A DNA stretch of 55,957 bases from Octopus bimaculoides (lineage: Eukaryota). The notes below the pieces were generated by a model. That model did not search any database. It worked only from the letters and a program-made list of their open reading frames with translations, and had not been told where the DNA came from. Position numbers and translations under genes: made by a program. Shown here piece after piece: positions 24,611 through 37,320 of the stretch. The DNA lies in contig NC_068992.1 in the NCBI RefSeq assembly GCF_001194135.2, forward strand, positions 12,909,443 through 12,965,399, in the 5' to 3' direction. Each line of letters starts with the position of its first letter. Position 1 is the stretch's first letter.

Positions 24611-24819
24611 TTTCAACTGGTAGCACAAGGCACTGAATTTTGGGGAAGGGATTAAGTCGATTAGATCGACCACAGAGCGTAATTGGTACTTATTGACTGA
24701 ACTCCGAAAAGATGTAAGGCAAAGTCGACCTCGGCGGAATTTTAACACGGAATATAGTGGCAGACGAAATTCTGCTAAGCATTTCGACGTGTGTCCTAAC
24801 GATTCTACCATCTCGCCGT
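24611..24819 (-). mobile_element. SINE family A, full copy in inverted orientation
   Basis: Reverse complement of the 22693 copy, e.g. ggcaaagtcgacctcggcggaattt...ctaacgattctacca. Confidence 0.9.
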
Positions 24820-25179
24820 CGACTGCACATTTGAACTCAGGGCGCAAAGACAGACGAAAGACAGAATGAAAGAAAAGAAAGATGATCACGTAAGGATCAC
24901 GTAAGAAAGAGGGACGGTGTCAGCAAGGAGAGAGAGTAAAGGATGAAAGAGGGAGAAGGAGAGGGAGAGACACATAGAAAACGGTGAAGGGCAGAAAAAA
25001 TAGAGAAAGAATGAGAGAGAAAACTGAAAGAGCAGGAAGGGGAGAATAAAGAATTAGAGAAAGGAAGAGAGATAAAACGAAAGGGGCAGAGAGAGACCAG
25101 TACAGGGTAGAGTCGCATCAAAATTATTACGATAAATTTACATTGAAATGGATTCGCAGCTTTTAATCATATAATATAA

Positions 25180-25615
25180 ATAATATATATATATATATAT
25201 ATATATGTGTATATATATGCATATATACATACATACGTATGTATATGTATATATACATACATACACATACACACACACACGCGCGCGCATACACACACAC
25301 ACAGACATATGTATATATATATATGCATATAAGGGTACAGTTTGCCCAACTATAGTTCATCCGCACAGCTCAGTTCCTGCAGAAGGCCTTTCATGCAGGT
25401 GTTATACTTTTTTCTTGAATTGTACTGAGGATGCCTTGATGACAGTATTTTTGCTATCAGTACTCTTAAATACACGCGCACAAACATATATATATATATA
25501 CATCTATATATGCCTGTGTGCATGCATGTATACATGCATGTATGTATGTATGTATTACTTACGTACGTATGTATGTCTGAATGTATGTATATATGTATGC
25601 ATGCATGTAAAGCAG
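25180..25615. repeat. Two mixed (TA)/(CA)/(TGTA) microsatellite blocks
   Basis: Directly visible at 25180-25330 and 25480-25615. Confidence 0.9.
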
Positions 25616-26869
25616 GATAAATGAAATGCGTGTATCAGATTTATAGTCCCATGTGGTTAAATGGAAACTTATTGGAAGATACCACAGAATGATAAGAAAT
25701 CTTGAAAATGGATTTCGTGGCCCACAAAATCTTAATCCTGTTCCGTGAGCTGCAATTGTTGCCGATGTTAATGCCGAGAGAATTTTACTACAAAAGAATC
25801 AAACGGAAGCTAATCATATTCAGAACTACACAGCGAAATAATATCTGAGAAGAAATTTATCTTATAGTACATCATGTACTTGTGTTTCTCACCCGCTTCT
25901 TTTCGAGAATTTAAAATACTGTAGACGGCTTCAGAACAAAACACAGTTTAGAGAAATTTGTAGCAAAATGCCAGAATAATAAAGTAAGGGAAAAAAAGAT
26001 CCAATATTGCTAAATTATTCCTTGTAAGTGTAAATGTTTCCTCAACAGGCTTTTAGAAAACACTAAAAATAATAAATGTTACACTTATTTGTTTCTTCCT
26101 TTATGACGTTAAGCAGATGAAAAATAAACGTGGCACACTATATCCGATATTATTCTAAGATTATCTGCTTATTACCTAGATGCTTGTAAACTGAGGTAAT
26201 GCTGAATTTAGTAAATAGCTTAGATACTAACATAACGAGTAGTTCAGTTCTTAATGTATGTTTACCAATCAATACTCCAATACATTATCGACTCAGCTAT
26301 TGCTCTTTTATGTTATTGGTAAATCAAGTGTAATGATAGCAAAGCGGTTGAAGGTGCTCTGAAAAATAGAACATATAACGTATCGATGAGTTGCCATGTG
26401 AATGTAGTGAAAACATATGACTTATGGCGATCACAATGAGAAAGTTGTTTCTCAGTTGATAGTAACGTAATACATCTGGTGTGTAGTGGACAAGGATGAA
26501 TTTTAATCTCACGCTAAACATTGGCATATAACTTGGGAAAAAAGAAACAAGGTTGAAATAGTAATACATTTCTGTTTCGAAATGGGAATTTTATATATCG
26601 CACTAGAACATCAATAAAGTTTCATGACATTGTGTAATGGAATTGCAACAGCAGGTGGTGAATAATTTTGAATTACATAGACGTTTAACGCTCTAAACGA
26701 TAAAGAGCATAAGCGGTGTGGGCGTATTTATCTGTCGACTTCCATCAATTTTCTCTCTGTCTATCTATCTTTTAGGCACACAAACACACATACATGCACG
26801 TACATGAGTACGTACGTACGTACGTACATGTATGCATACATACATACATACATACATTCATACATACTT

Positions 26870-27485
26870 CTTTGATGTTCAATGTTTAGCTCTGGCAGAG
26901 AGAAAGCTGATCCTCAAATACAGAACCACCCACATGGCAAAAGACTGCCGGCCAATTGCATGCCAGAACGTAAGGTATAAGCTATATAGAGCACGTTCAA
27001 AATGCTTCCTCCAAGACAATTGTGAAAGCAATGACATCATCACAGTAGAAATAGCAGCTAGGAAGAAGCGACTGTTGGCATGTGCCGAGCAATTGTTAAT
27101 AAACAAAACGGTAATGCCAGAGATGCGGGAACATAATTGGAAATTAGTCTCAATTGAAGATAATTGAAAAAGAAAATACCAACGCTGAACTATTGAGAAA
27201 TGTACAGCTACTCTATCCAGTTTACAAGTTTAGATTTATATCTGTAATTATTGGAACATTCGGATATGTAACACACTGCGTAAATACTAATCTTGAGAAG
27301 TTAGGCTTCTTAAAACCAAAAAAAGTGAAACCTGATTCTGAGGCTACAAATCCAAGACATCACTGGAGTTGTAAATGTCTGTAATACTTTCCAGAAGTTT
27401 ATCATTTACACATATAGGAACATATCTAGTTGCGCAAGTATATGCATAAGAAAAGATACCTGAAACACAACATACAAATCTGCAC
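26870..27485 (+). mobile_element. Third R4/Dong-clade LINE remnant with a large internal deletion
   Basis: KDCRPIACQNVRYKLY...NDIITVE...ACAEQLLINKTVM (RT N-terminal motifs) is joined directly to ELLRNVQLLYPVYKFRFISVIIGTFGYVTHCVNTNLEKLGF (extreme C-terminus after the RLE). Confidence 0.85.
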
Positions 27486-27677
27486 GCATACATACATACA
27501 TACATACATACATACATGCATGCATACATACATACATGCATACATCCATAGAAAATAATCAGTTGTTTGAAATTCGAATGAAGGAGTCTTGGACCTAAGC
27601 TAGAAATCGGCTCTTTCTCTATCGGCAAGGAATATTGAAATAAAACTGAAATGTCACACACACACACAACATATATA

Positions 27678-27710
<33 letters not shown>

Positions 27711-27748
27711 NNNNNNNNNNNNNNNNNNNNNNNNNNNNNNNNNNTATA

Positions 27749-27790
<42 letters not shown>

Positions 27791-28984
27791 GTGACAATAA
27801 TTATAGTGAGCAAGAGATTGAGAGAAGGGAAGGACGAGATGTTAATGACATAGCAGTGGATTCTTGATTTGCTATGTTCAGTATGCTTAGAGAACGTTTA
27901 CATGTCTAGACATGTAAATTACGAGGTTACAGTATGTTTATAAATTATATTGAAATAATACTTGCAGGCATATACGCGATATGCATCTACTTGTTAAATT
28001 CCATATTTGAAGAGCATCTATGGGTCCCTTCCTACAAAATAAAATATGAGAAATGCTTTGAAAAATGTGGTTAATAGCATGTATAAAGGAAGAGACTACG
28101 ATGTTAAGAAACAAGACTTTTCCTGTTAACATAATAACCAAAATTGAGATGTGATCGATTATTTTTATTGCTAAGCCATTATCATAGATATCATACTTAT
28201 AGTTTTCCAAAACACATGAAGATGGTGCACCAGTTTTACAGCAATGCAAGGACTGCTACAAGTAAAATAAAATTGCGAAAACGTTAGCTTCTTCCTCTTT
28301 GTCTTGAAGGTTTCAGTTTGCTTTTATATTTTGCATTCATAGAAATATGTTGCTTTCTGTACGAGAATGTTCTTTATCACACATAGTACTCAACCGATGT
28401 CATAACAAACGATATATAGACATTGTAACAGTAGATAAAAGAATAAAATATTATTGCAAATAAACGAAAGTTGATCATCGCCGTCTTGTTTTTGAAATAC
28501 ACCCACTCCTTGAGAAATAAGTTGAATATTAAAATTTTCTAATATAAAATATACAATACATTTATTGAATAATGTCATGTCGAGCGTACTTTTACATTGG
28601 TTGTTTGAAATATTCTATTCGTTAAAGACTTGTAGCTGATTATTTGCTATGAGGATTAATATAGCAAAATCTAATTTGCTAAAGGTGTACTCGAGAAAAA
28701 GTTACATGGGCGTGCCGAAGCCGCAGGCATTCATTATCTTTCCATGAAATCTAATGAATCTGAAGCTATAATGCTGCACATTTTAATTGCTCTAAGATAT
28801 ATTAGAGTAAAATCCATAATATGTATTAAAAAATTAGAAAATATAGATATATGTTATATATTTTTGATACTACTTATACGAATGTAATGGACCTGAGGCG
28901 ATTATTCTGACCATTTTGATTGTTGTATGATACTGGGTTAGAAACCATCACATATAAAATGAAAATTATTGCATACATATTATG

Positions 28985-29019
<35 letters not shown>

Positions 29020-29182
29020 TATATATGAACAAATACATTCTTTTAAACCACCAAATTATATTATAATTACATATGGACGTGATTTGAAGGTACGAATCAC
29101 CCGAAACAATCCGTAATACCAATAGAAATATTAAAGGAAAATAGAATGTTTAGAAATGATATGAATGCCTGTTAACCTGCAG

Positions 29183-29241
29183 CGGTTTCTGGCAATTTGT
29201 CAACCTTTACGTTATAAAGTGGCTGGATACGACATGAAATG
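29183..29241 (+). CDS. Candidate internal exon of a class A (rhodopsin-like) GPCR, ICL2 region
   Basis: ttaacctgcag|CGG TTT CTG GCA ATT TGT CAA CCT TTA CGT TAT ... ATG AAA TG|gtaaga encodes RFLAICQPLRYKVAGYDMK, matching (D/E)R(Y/F)xAIcxPLxY. No other exon of the receptor was identified. Confidence 0.45.
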
Positions 29242-32158
29242 GTAAGAAGAGAAAAACGACTGCTATGAAAACTAATATAAAATCAGTGGGAGCTATGATA
29301 TGATGCTGCAACTGTATCAATAAGGTGCACTTTTGAGTCAGAAGGCCGTCGTTTGAACGAGCCAAAGATAAATATATATAAATAATTGTTTCAAAACTCA
29401 ACAATCGTAATCCAATCACATCTTCACTATTTGACTGAAAATTACCAAAGTTTGTTGGGTTAGAGACGAGACCAAATCAAATCAAAACGGGTTCTTAATT
29501 TTGATTCAATACAAATAATTCAACTACGGTAGTAGTTGAATAATATACTTTAGGCAACAATTTACTCACACGCAGCATCTTTCAGAGCTTGTCGCTAATT
29601 CAGTTCTTAAGCACATTGAAAACTGTTGACATTTTTGAAGAGCGCTGGTCCCTAGACACATTTTGACATTAAATAATTGAGATTTTGTCCAGTAGTAAAA
29701 AGGTCTACATCAAACCTTTTAGCAACGTTATAGGAGAGTAGGTAACGCCTCCTATCACGTTTAGATCTAAATAACTCTTTATTTTGAAAGCAAAATATAT
29801 TTATCTCAGCTTCAATGGTAGAAGAAAGCATGAGAAATTTCAGAGTGTTGGTCCCATGCAACAAAAAGTTGTATCCAAAAATTTGTGAGGTAATATTTTA
29901 AGTAAAATTGTTCTTGTACTGTACTTTGCCGGATGTAATAACTTGTCCTGAACTTTTCCAAGGGTAATACTTTGTCCTGTACTTTTCCAGGTTTATGATC
30001 TTGAGAATATCATTTCTCTTGCTCGCATTTTCCCATCTAATATGAAATAACACTGAGAAAACTACGATAAACTTTGAAGGTGTATTAGGAGTGAAACTGT
30101 ATAAAATAATTTGCAAATCATTCAGCACACTTGCCAATTCCATTCATGTTGACTAATAGTAAATTTGATGATGACTTCATAGTTACTAATTCTATATTTG
30201 TTCTCTATGAACATTAAGATCAATGTTACTGATATTGGGTGACATAGTACGAATAAATTAGCAGTTGGTAATCCTTACCTAAAACCCATTTCGTCTAACC
30301 CTAACATTTATACAACGACATTAAATAGATTTTAATAGTCTTAATGCAATTGTTGGCTTGCAATATGTGCTTAATATTTTGAATATCACTTTGAATGTGA
30401 TTATACTCTATGAACATATTTTAGTAGATTTTTAGAATGCAAATAACGGCAGGAAAACTGGCAGAATGAGGATAAGGTCTCATAAGATGTAAAGAATGTC
30501 ATATTAAGTAGGAAATTTGGAAATATGTTAGTCCAATTTGATATACCGCCAGTTCCCTTCTCCCACCAAAACTTTCCCATTGGCACTTAAATGAAATAAT
30601 TTTCCTATAAATTCCTTTCTAAAATGTTTCTCTCAAATTCCCTGTATTTTCATGGCATGTCCCTGTAAAAGTATTGTATCGGAGATACCCTTCGCCAGTT
30701 ATTGTCGTTACGCCATATTTATGACGATACTTGTTTACACTATAATTGTGTAGTAATATTAAAATATATAACAAAGCAGGGTAACGAAAATGTAACAATC
30801 TAACCATCTCTCCTTGAACAAACGATATACCAACAAACTACCAAAACGACACCTTACGACTTCCTGCGATTAACGCCTATTCCCTCTGTTTCTAACTCAG
30901 GCCGCTACTATTTATAGCCGTTCGGTCAAGTCTATTCTCGAAGGGAGTGTCTCCACAACAAAAATGAATAATTTGTAGGCGCTTTGTTATACATTTTGAT
31001 TGTATATTAAGTGATCCCATGTCGATATTCGGAGCAAAAGATCTTAAATGTACCTATCTATCATCCTTCAAATGTAGGTGTCGACATAAGCTATTTATTC
31101 TCCAAATAAATAATTGTTTATAATTCTCATTATTCAAATTAGTGAACCATGCATAAATGTTACCAGATAGATTGAATAACTCAAAGTCCAGTCAATTTTA
31201 CTTGAACTGTTAGCCTTGTTTCACCGTTGAAAGAATATGAACAGCTTGATACATCTATAAACAGCAGCCGCATCATTTGCTACAATAACTTTAGACTTAT
31301 GATATTTTACGAAAATAATGCAAATTAAACGTTAAAATTACTATTCGCCTATGGCCGACTCCGGTTCTTGCTTATGAATGTCTCAAAACTAATGTAACTC
31401 TCCTTTAGGACTTTAGCCATATATTAACCATGTGCTCCCCAACTAGTAAAACAAAAGCAACAAAATGATTGATGATTTTGTAATGTCCAGTCTCAATCTG
31501 TTCTGGGAATAATAACTAATTTCGAAAAGAGTTTTATACCATTATTTTATGCTTTTAAAGACTTATTGCATTCCCCTGTCACCTTTGCAAAATATTGTTC
31601 CGTGTCAACGAATGTAGTTAAATAAAACAGACTGTAATCAATACGTTCAAGGGTGTCTATTTAGAAACTTCTACTTAAAATTAGAAATCTCATTGTTTTC
31701 TGTTTCAATCATAGACAGTTTACAAGCGTCAAAAACCGAGCATTACTTTATTAAACATTATATTTATAAATTTAAATTATTAGAAAATTTATTTATTAAA
31801 AATTCTTTGCAAGTGGAAATGTTGAAGAGTGACTAAATATTCAAGAGTGTAACATGTATCTACTTTTTAAATGTATTAAATGTCCAACTAAGATGAAATA
31901 GATGCTAAGAGTGCTCTAACTCTGTCTTGTTAGATAGTAAGTTCTTATAAGTTTTTTTCCCTTTTTTGTGATGTATAGATCTTATTCTCTAACAGTGAGT
32001 ATCTTATTTTCAAACTATAAAGTTAAGAATTTCCCTAAGCAGCAACATGGTTTAGACTTCACTGTATGCTAAATTAGGTAAGTGCCATCCACCGTAGTCC
32101 ATAGACATCCAATGACTTTTGAATGAAACAAGTCAGGAAAACTGTAGAAGCAGGTAGA

Positions 32159-32194
<36 letters not shown>

Positions 32195-32252
32195 NNNNNN
32201 NNNNNNNNNNNNNNNNNNNNNNNNNNNNNNNNNNNNNNNNNNNNNNNNNNNN

Positions 32253-32289
<37 letters not shown>

Positions 32290-33179
32290 TTGTGTGTACG
32301 TGCGCGCGTATGAGTGTTACGGTGTCCGAGTATATGTCCCCACACCACCTAAGAATAGTTGTTAGTTTGTTTAGGTTACAGAAAAATGGTCGGAGTATGG
32401 CTGCTGTGCAATAACAGCCAATGAATATAGTTGAAGAGTGAAAGAATTGACTGCACGGAAATAAGGGAATGAGTCAGCTAAGGAAAGCGAATATGGACGT
32501 AACAAACAAGTCACAGGTATTTTCTATGACTGTTTATCGTTCATGCTATAAGAATTTCCTAACGATATAACCGTTGCAGTTTACGAAACAAGTTTTTAGG
32601 TACAGTGCAAATCTGTAGTTTAACAAACATATACATGAGACTATTTGGTAGTTTGTGTTTATTCTTGTCCGTGAATTGGCGAGGTACCAATTTTCAAGAC
32701 GATTAATCTTTAGATTCGTAATTGCTGCATGTCACTAGAGATATGGCAAATAAACATAGCTTACTTTATTACAAAGTACTAATTTCAAAAGTTTGCCTTC
32801 TGCTGCTTTGGAAATATCATAAATATACTTTTACAGTTATGCTAGTTCAACTCATGGAACTGCGACAATACAATGGGGGAGCGCTGCCTTGTTGGTTTAA
32901 TTTTCGAAAACGACGTATTTTAAAGTCTAATAATTGTCAAAAGACCAGTGTCTTTTGACAAAGCGTTTGGATACGCCTTAGTAAAGAATGTAAAACCGAT
33001 TATGAATCGTAGGTGAGTGCAAACAGAAGCACAATGACACATACATATATGCATATATGCATACACACACACATATTTACAAGGCTATGTATATGTATTC
33101 TTGTATTCTTATTGGTTCGCATACCCGGCAAACCTGATTGCCTACTGTGAAATATAGAAAAAACTTTTTTCAAGTTATC

Positions 33180-33271
33180 CCTGAATATTTTCTTTTTTAG
33201 TATTTAGTATTTTCTTTTCTTACGGATTGCTTGAAAGTTTAAGGTGTTTTCATTATTTTGTCCAACCCCTG
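33180..33271 (-). mobile_element. Lone Tc1-like terminal inverted repeat
   Basis: aaggtgttttcattattttgtccaacccctg|TA (reverse complement TA|CAGGGGTTGGACAAAATAATG). No partner end was seen. Confidence 0.5.
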
Positions 33272-33299
33272 TATATACATATATAAATCCGCGTGTGTA

Positions 33300-33445
33300 T
33301 GTACGATGGGTTCTGCACAGTTTCTCTGTAACCAATTAGCTTACAAGTCATTAGCCCTCCCTAGGTTTCAGTCGAGAAACACATGTCTATAGCTCAGCGT
33401 AATCGAGCTAAACCCAAAATTCATACATGCAAAGGGACAATTCTA
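33300..33445 (-). mobile_element. Degenerate SINE family B, 5' part
   Basis: tacgatgggttctgcacagtttctctgtaaccaattagcttacaag aligns to the reverse complement of 39370-39420. Confidence 0.55.
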
Positions 33446-36400
33446 ACTATACACAAGTCAGAATTTCATTGTTATTGATTAAAATTGATGATTGTGTCTC
33501 TTTCTAAGAGGCTGAGAGGATGCATGTTATTCCGAAAATTGAAATGAGATTTCGGGCTTACATCAACAAGGGAAAAAATATTTAGAACTAACATTTGAGG
33601 CACATAATAGTTTTGGCATTATTTGAATTTTACCTTATCTTTTTACAATACTCACTCAATAAACCATTGATATTATTGATACAGCTTCATTTTTGTATAC
33701 TATTTATGGGGAAAATGTCCTTTTATATTTTATTTCCATCATTCCTAGTTATCTCCTTTCTAAACGTTTTTATCGAGCTTTCACAAACAATTAAATTAAT
33801 GAAAATGCTGCATGAAATCATAAATCATTTTCTTTTAATATTTGTTTGAAATCTTAGCGCAAGTCCAGAAATTTCGTGTGTGAGATGGGATTTTGACACA
33901 CAAGTAGACTGGGCGAAGCGGGACAGTAAAATACCTTCAGCATACACAGGATCTCATACTATTGAATTTGTTTTTATGTTACAAGTTATAATTTACAAGC
34001 TAAACGTTACCAGGAGCCATTGAAGAATAATTCATACCGATAGAGAATTAGATGTTTCTTGCCGTTCGGTCTTTGCGATTCCATTGCTTTGCATTAACTT
34101 CGGTTAACACAGGTTAACATCACTTTGGAAACAAATGTTTTTCAAAGTGATAAAGGCTCCCAAATTCCAAATTCTATTAAATTTTGAAAACGAAGTATAT
34201 TTTCGTAAACGCTGAGATTATAATCATTCAATGTTTGTATACGTGTTGGGTGTTAGATTGTATGTATGTACATATACATGTGTGTGTGCATGTGTGTGCG
34301 TGTCTATGTCAGTATGTGTGTCTGTGTGTGTAAATGTAAATTTGAAAATCCCCAAATGCGATGAATGAGTGGATTCCCATTACTGCATGTACACAAGGGT
34401 TATCAGGAAAAAAATTTTTTTATAAAAAAACAAAGCTCCTGGCAGGATGCTGAAGAGATTACAATAGTAGAAAGAGAAACATTGTATTATTGTGTCGCTC
34501 ATATAATAAAAGATAAATATGATGCAATATTGAATATTTTATTACAGATAATATATATTCCAATGAAATTTCCAAGCATTCTTCTTCTCTTCAGATGAAC
34601 ATTAATTGTGTCCATAAGCGATAAGCCATCACACAGCAAAAGTAAAGGAATAAAAGTATGCATCTATATACCTGTATATATAAATACATATATANNNNNN
34701 NNNNNNNNNNNNNNNNNNNNNNNNNNNNNNNNNNNNNNNNNNNNNNNNNNNNNNNNNNNNNNNNNNNNNNNNNNNNNNNNNNNNNNNNNNNNNNNNNNNN
34801 NNNNNNNNNNNNNNNNNNNNNNNNNNNNNNNNNNNNNNNNNNNNNNNNNNNNNNNNNNNNNNNNNNNNNNNNNNNNNNNNNNNNNNNNNNNNNNNNNNNN
34901 NNNNNNNNNNNNNNNNNNNNNNNNNNNNNNNNNNNNNNNNNNNNNNNNNNNNNNNNNNNNNNNNNNNNNNNNNNNNNNNNNNNNNNNNNNNNNNNNNNNN
35001 NNNNNNNNNNNNNNNNNNNNNNNNNNNNNNNNNNNNNNNNNNTATGTATGTATGTGTGTGTGTGTGTGCGTGCATGTGTGTGTGTGTGTATGCATGTATG
35101 TATGTATGATTATGTATGTATATAGCCGTATCTACAAAGATGTGCATTTTGTGTTTATGTATATGTGCGTGTGTGAAAATTTACAGTCAATAATATCTTG
35201 TAATTATTGTATCATATGCATGTTCTATTGATATATTGATATACCATACGTTGCTTTTCTGGAAAGTCATGTTATACGCTTGCTGATCTTTACCATACAC
35301 CAAGAACATGTATGCACGCGTGTCTGTGCATTTATACATATATATATATATATATATATATATTCTTTGGACATAAGGCAAAGTGTTTGTTTCCCATGTT
35401 AACAGGACATATCCAGGAACTTTTTGGCCACAGCAACACATGTTAAATGGACAAAAACTCCTCGGACACTTATATGAGCTTCTACAGGACTATCATCTGC
35501 TATTATACACATGACTGCAACTCTTGTTTGCCACTCGTTCCACATACCAGGGCAGATATTGGAATAGTTGCAACTAAGGGATAACTTAATCCCTACCCAA
35601 CACTTGAACTTCAAGCCTCATACTCCTTTAAGCAGCAGTTCTTCTATCTGAAGTACACAGGTAAATAAATCCTTGACAATTTTGTATCGCTTACGCAGAT
35701 TTGAGCACTAAAGGATTCTACTTATAATTGAATCATCGTCCTTGTAGCCACATGGCAATTAGAACGGCACAATTTAGAGTGCTCCATTTATTTTAAAGAA
35801 AGAAAGATGCAGTGTGAAGGACTGAGCGACTGTCCACTTAAAGATTCCTCATGTCTTTGTCTCTAAAGATATACACATTTTATCATGTGTAGATTAAAAT
35901 ATATATAAATAATGCCGAACAATTTTGCATTGTAGATAAGAGTGGTTTTAAGTTTAGGTGAAATAAGTGTTGTTATAGTCAGTTTTTTTTAAAAATAAAA
36001 CAACTAAATAGAGATCTGCTTCCTCTGTATAATTGAACTTTAAAAGAGTATTGCTAGTGAAGCTTATCCTGCATTTGAACTGCCCCAGAATTTTTCCAAA
36101 ATGGTTATAAAATATGTTCGTTGAAACAGCCACGACTTCTGATAGCTTCAGAGATATAACACTTTTCGTATTAAAGGAAACATTTATTTACAGAACTTTC
36201 AAATCTTTACATTAATAAATGACATCTAAAATAAATACCGAGACTTGTAAGGAATCAAATAAAATAGCAAAAATTAAATTTATTTGAAATTCAATATAGG
36301 AAAAGAAAGGAAGACAAACAAATCTAGGCATAACATTTTCAGATTTTTAACTAGAAATTAATTAATGCCACCTGCTCAATGTTTCACACTTTGTATTTCA

Positions 36401-37235
36401 GCATTAAGCTAATAAAAGATTTCAGGCAAGCCAGTATTCTTGGATTTCAATTTCACAGTAACTTAATTTAAAAGGATTACCATCATTGAAGTTTATTTTG
36501 TTGCCAAAGTGACAAGCTGCTAATCAAATAGACTATTGGAAGAAACTTGATTTTTCTAGATTTTTTTTTCTTTCTTTGCAGTTAGTTATTCATCAACATA
36601 CACTAAATCTGTTTAAACAGTATGGATGTTTGCCAGTTATCTCTCTCATTAGATTCAACACTCTCCTTCCGATTTCCATTTCACTCTCTTAGTGTCCGTT
36701 CTCTCCCTGCCTCTCTTCTCTTTTCTATGAGTCTGTGTCGCTGTATTTTCATTCCCCCAGTTGCTACTGCCACCTCCAACTTCTGTTCTCACTCGTTATT
36801 GCTTTTTTGCTTCTCGTTACAACGCTTTTGAAATCATTTCTTAACATTTTATTAATATTATTTTATTATTTTTGCAATTGCTTTCATCTATCATGAAATC
36901 TCTTGTCAAGCAATAGATTTTTGATTGATAGTTTCCAATTTAACAGAAAATTATAACTTCCTTATATCAGTAATTTTATATACTGTTAAATTAAAATTGC
37001 ATTACATTCAAATTTCTTTGACTTAACAGCTTCAAAATAAATTGATATCCCAATTGGAAGTAAGCAAACTATTGAGTTGATGGTTTAACTTTAATCAAAT
37101 TGTGAGGTCTCTATCTACCGACTTCATCAATCATTTCATTCTACAAATATATTTTCAACTAAAACGAAGAGGAAGAAAGCGAAAACTACAAAGTTTAACA
37201 AATACAGAATGATGTCGTAAAAACATTAAAAATAA

Positions 37236-37256
37236 AATAATAATAATAACAACAAC

Positions 37257-37320
<64 letters not shown>
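37236..37320. repeat. (AAT)n microsatellite
   Basis: Directly visible. Confidence 0.97.

Noticed and set aside
26832-27384. 111-aa and 76-aa plus-strand ORFs as a host gene
   Set aside because: They are R4/Dong LINE RT and C-terminal remnants.
30293-30305. Telomere-like CTAACCCTAAC
   Set aside because: Fewer than two full units; chance occurrence.
30401-30586. Vague mitochondrial-carrier-like wording (KGTGG..NIFPN...FFTSYETL)
   Set aside because: It lacks the PxD/ExxK/R signature, and the resemblance is too weak.
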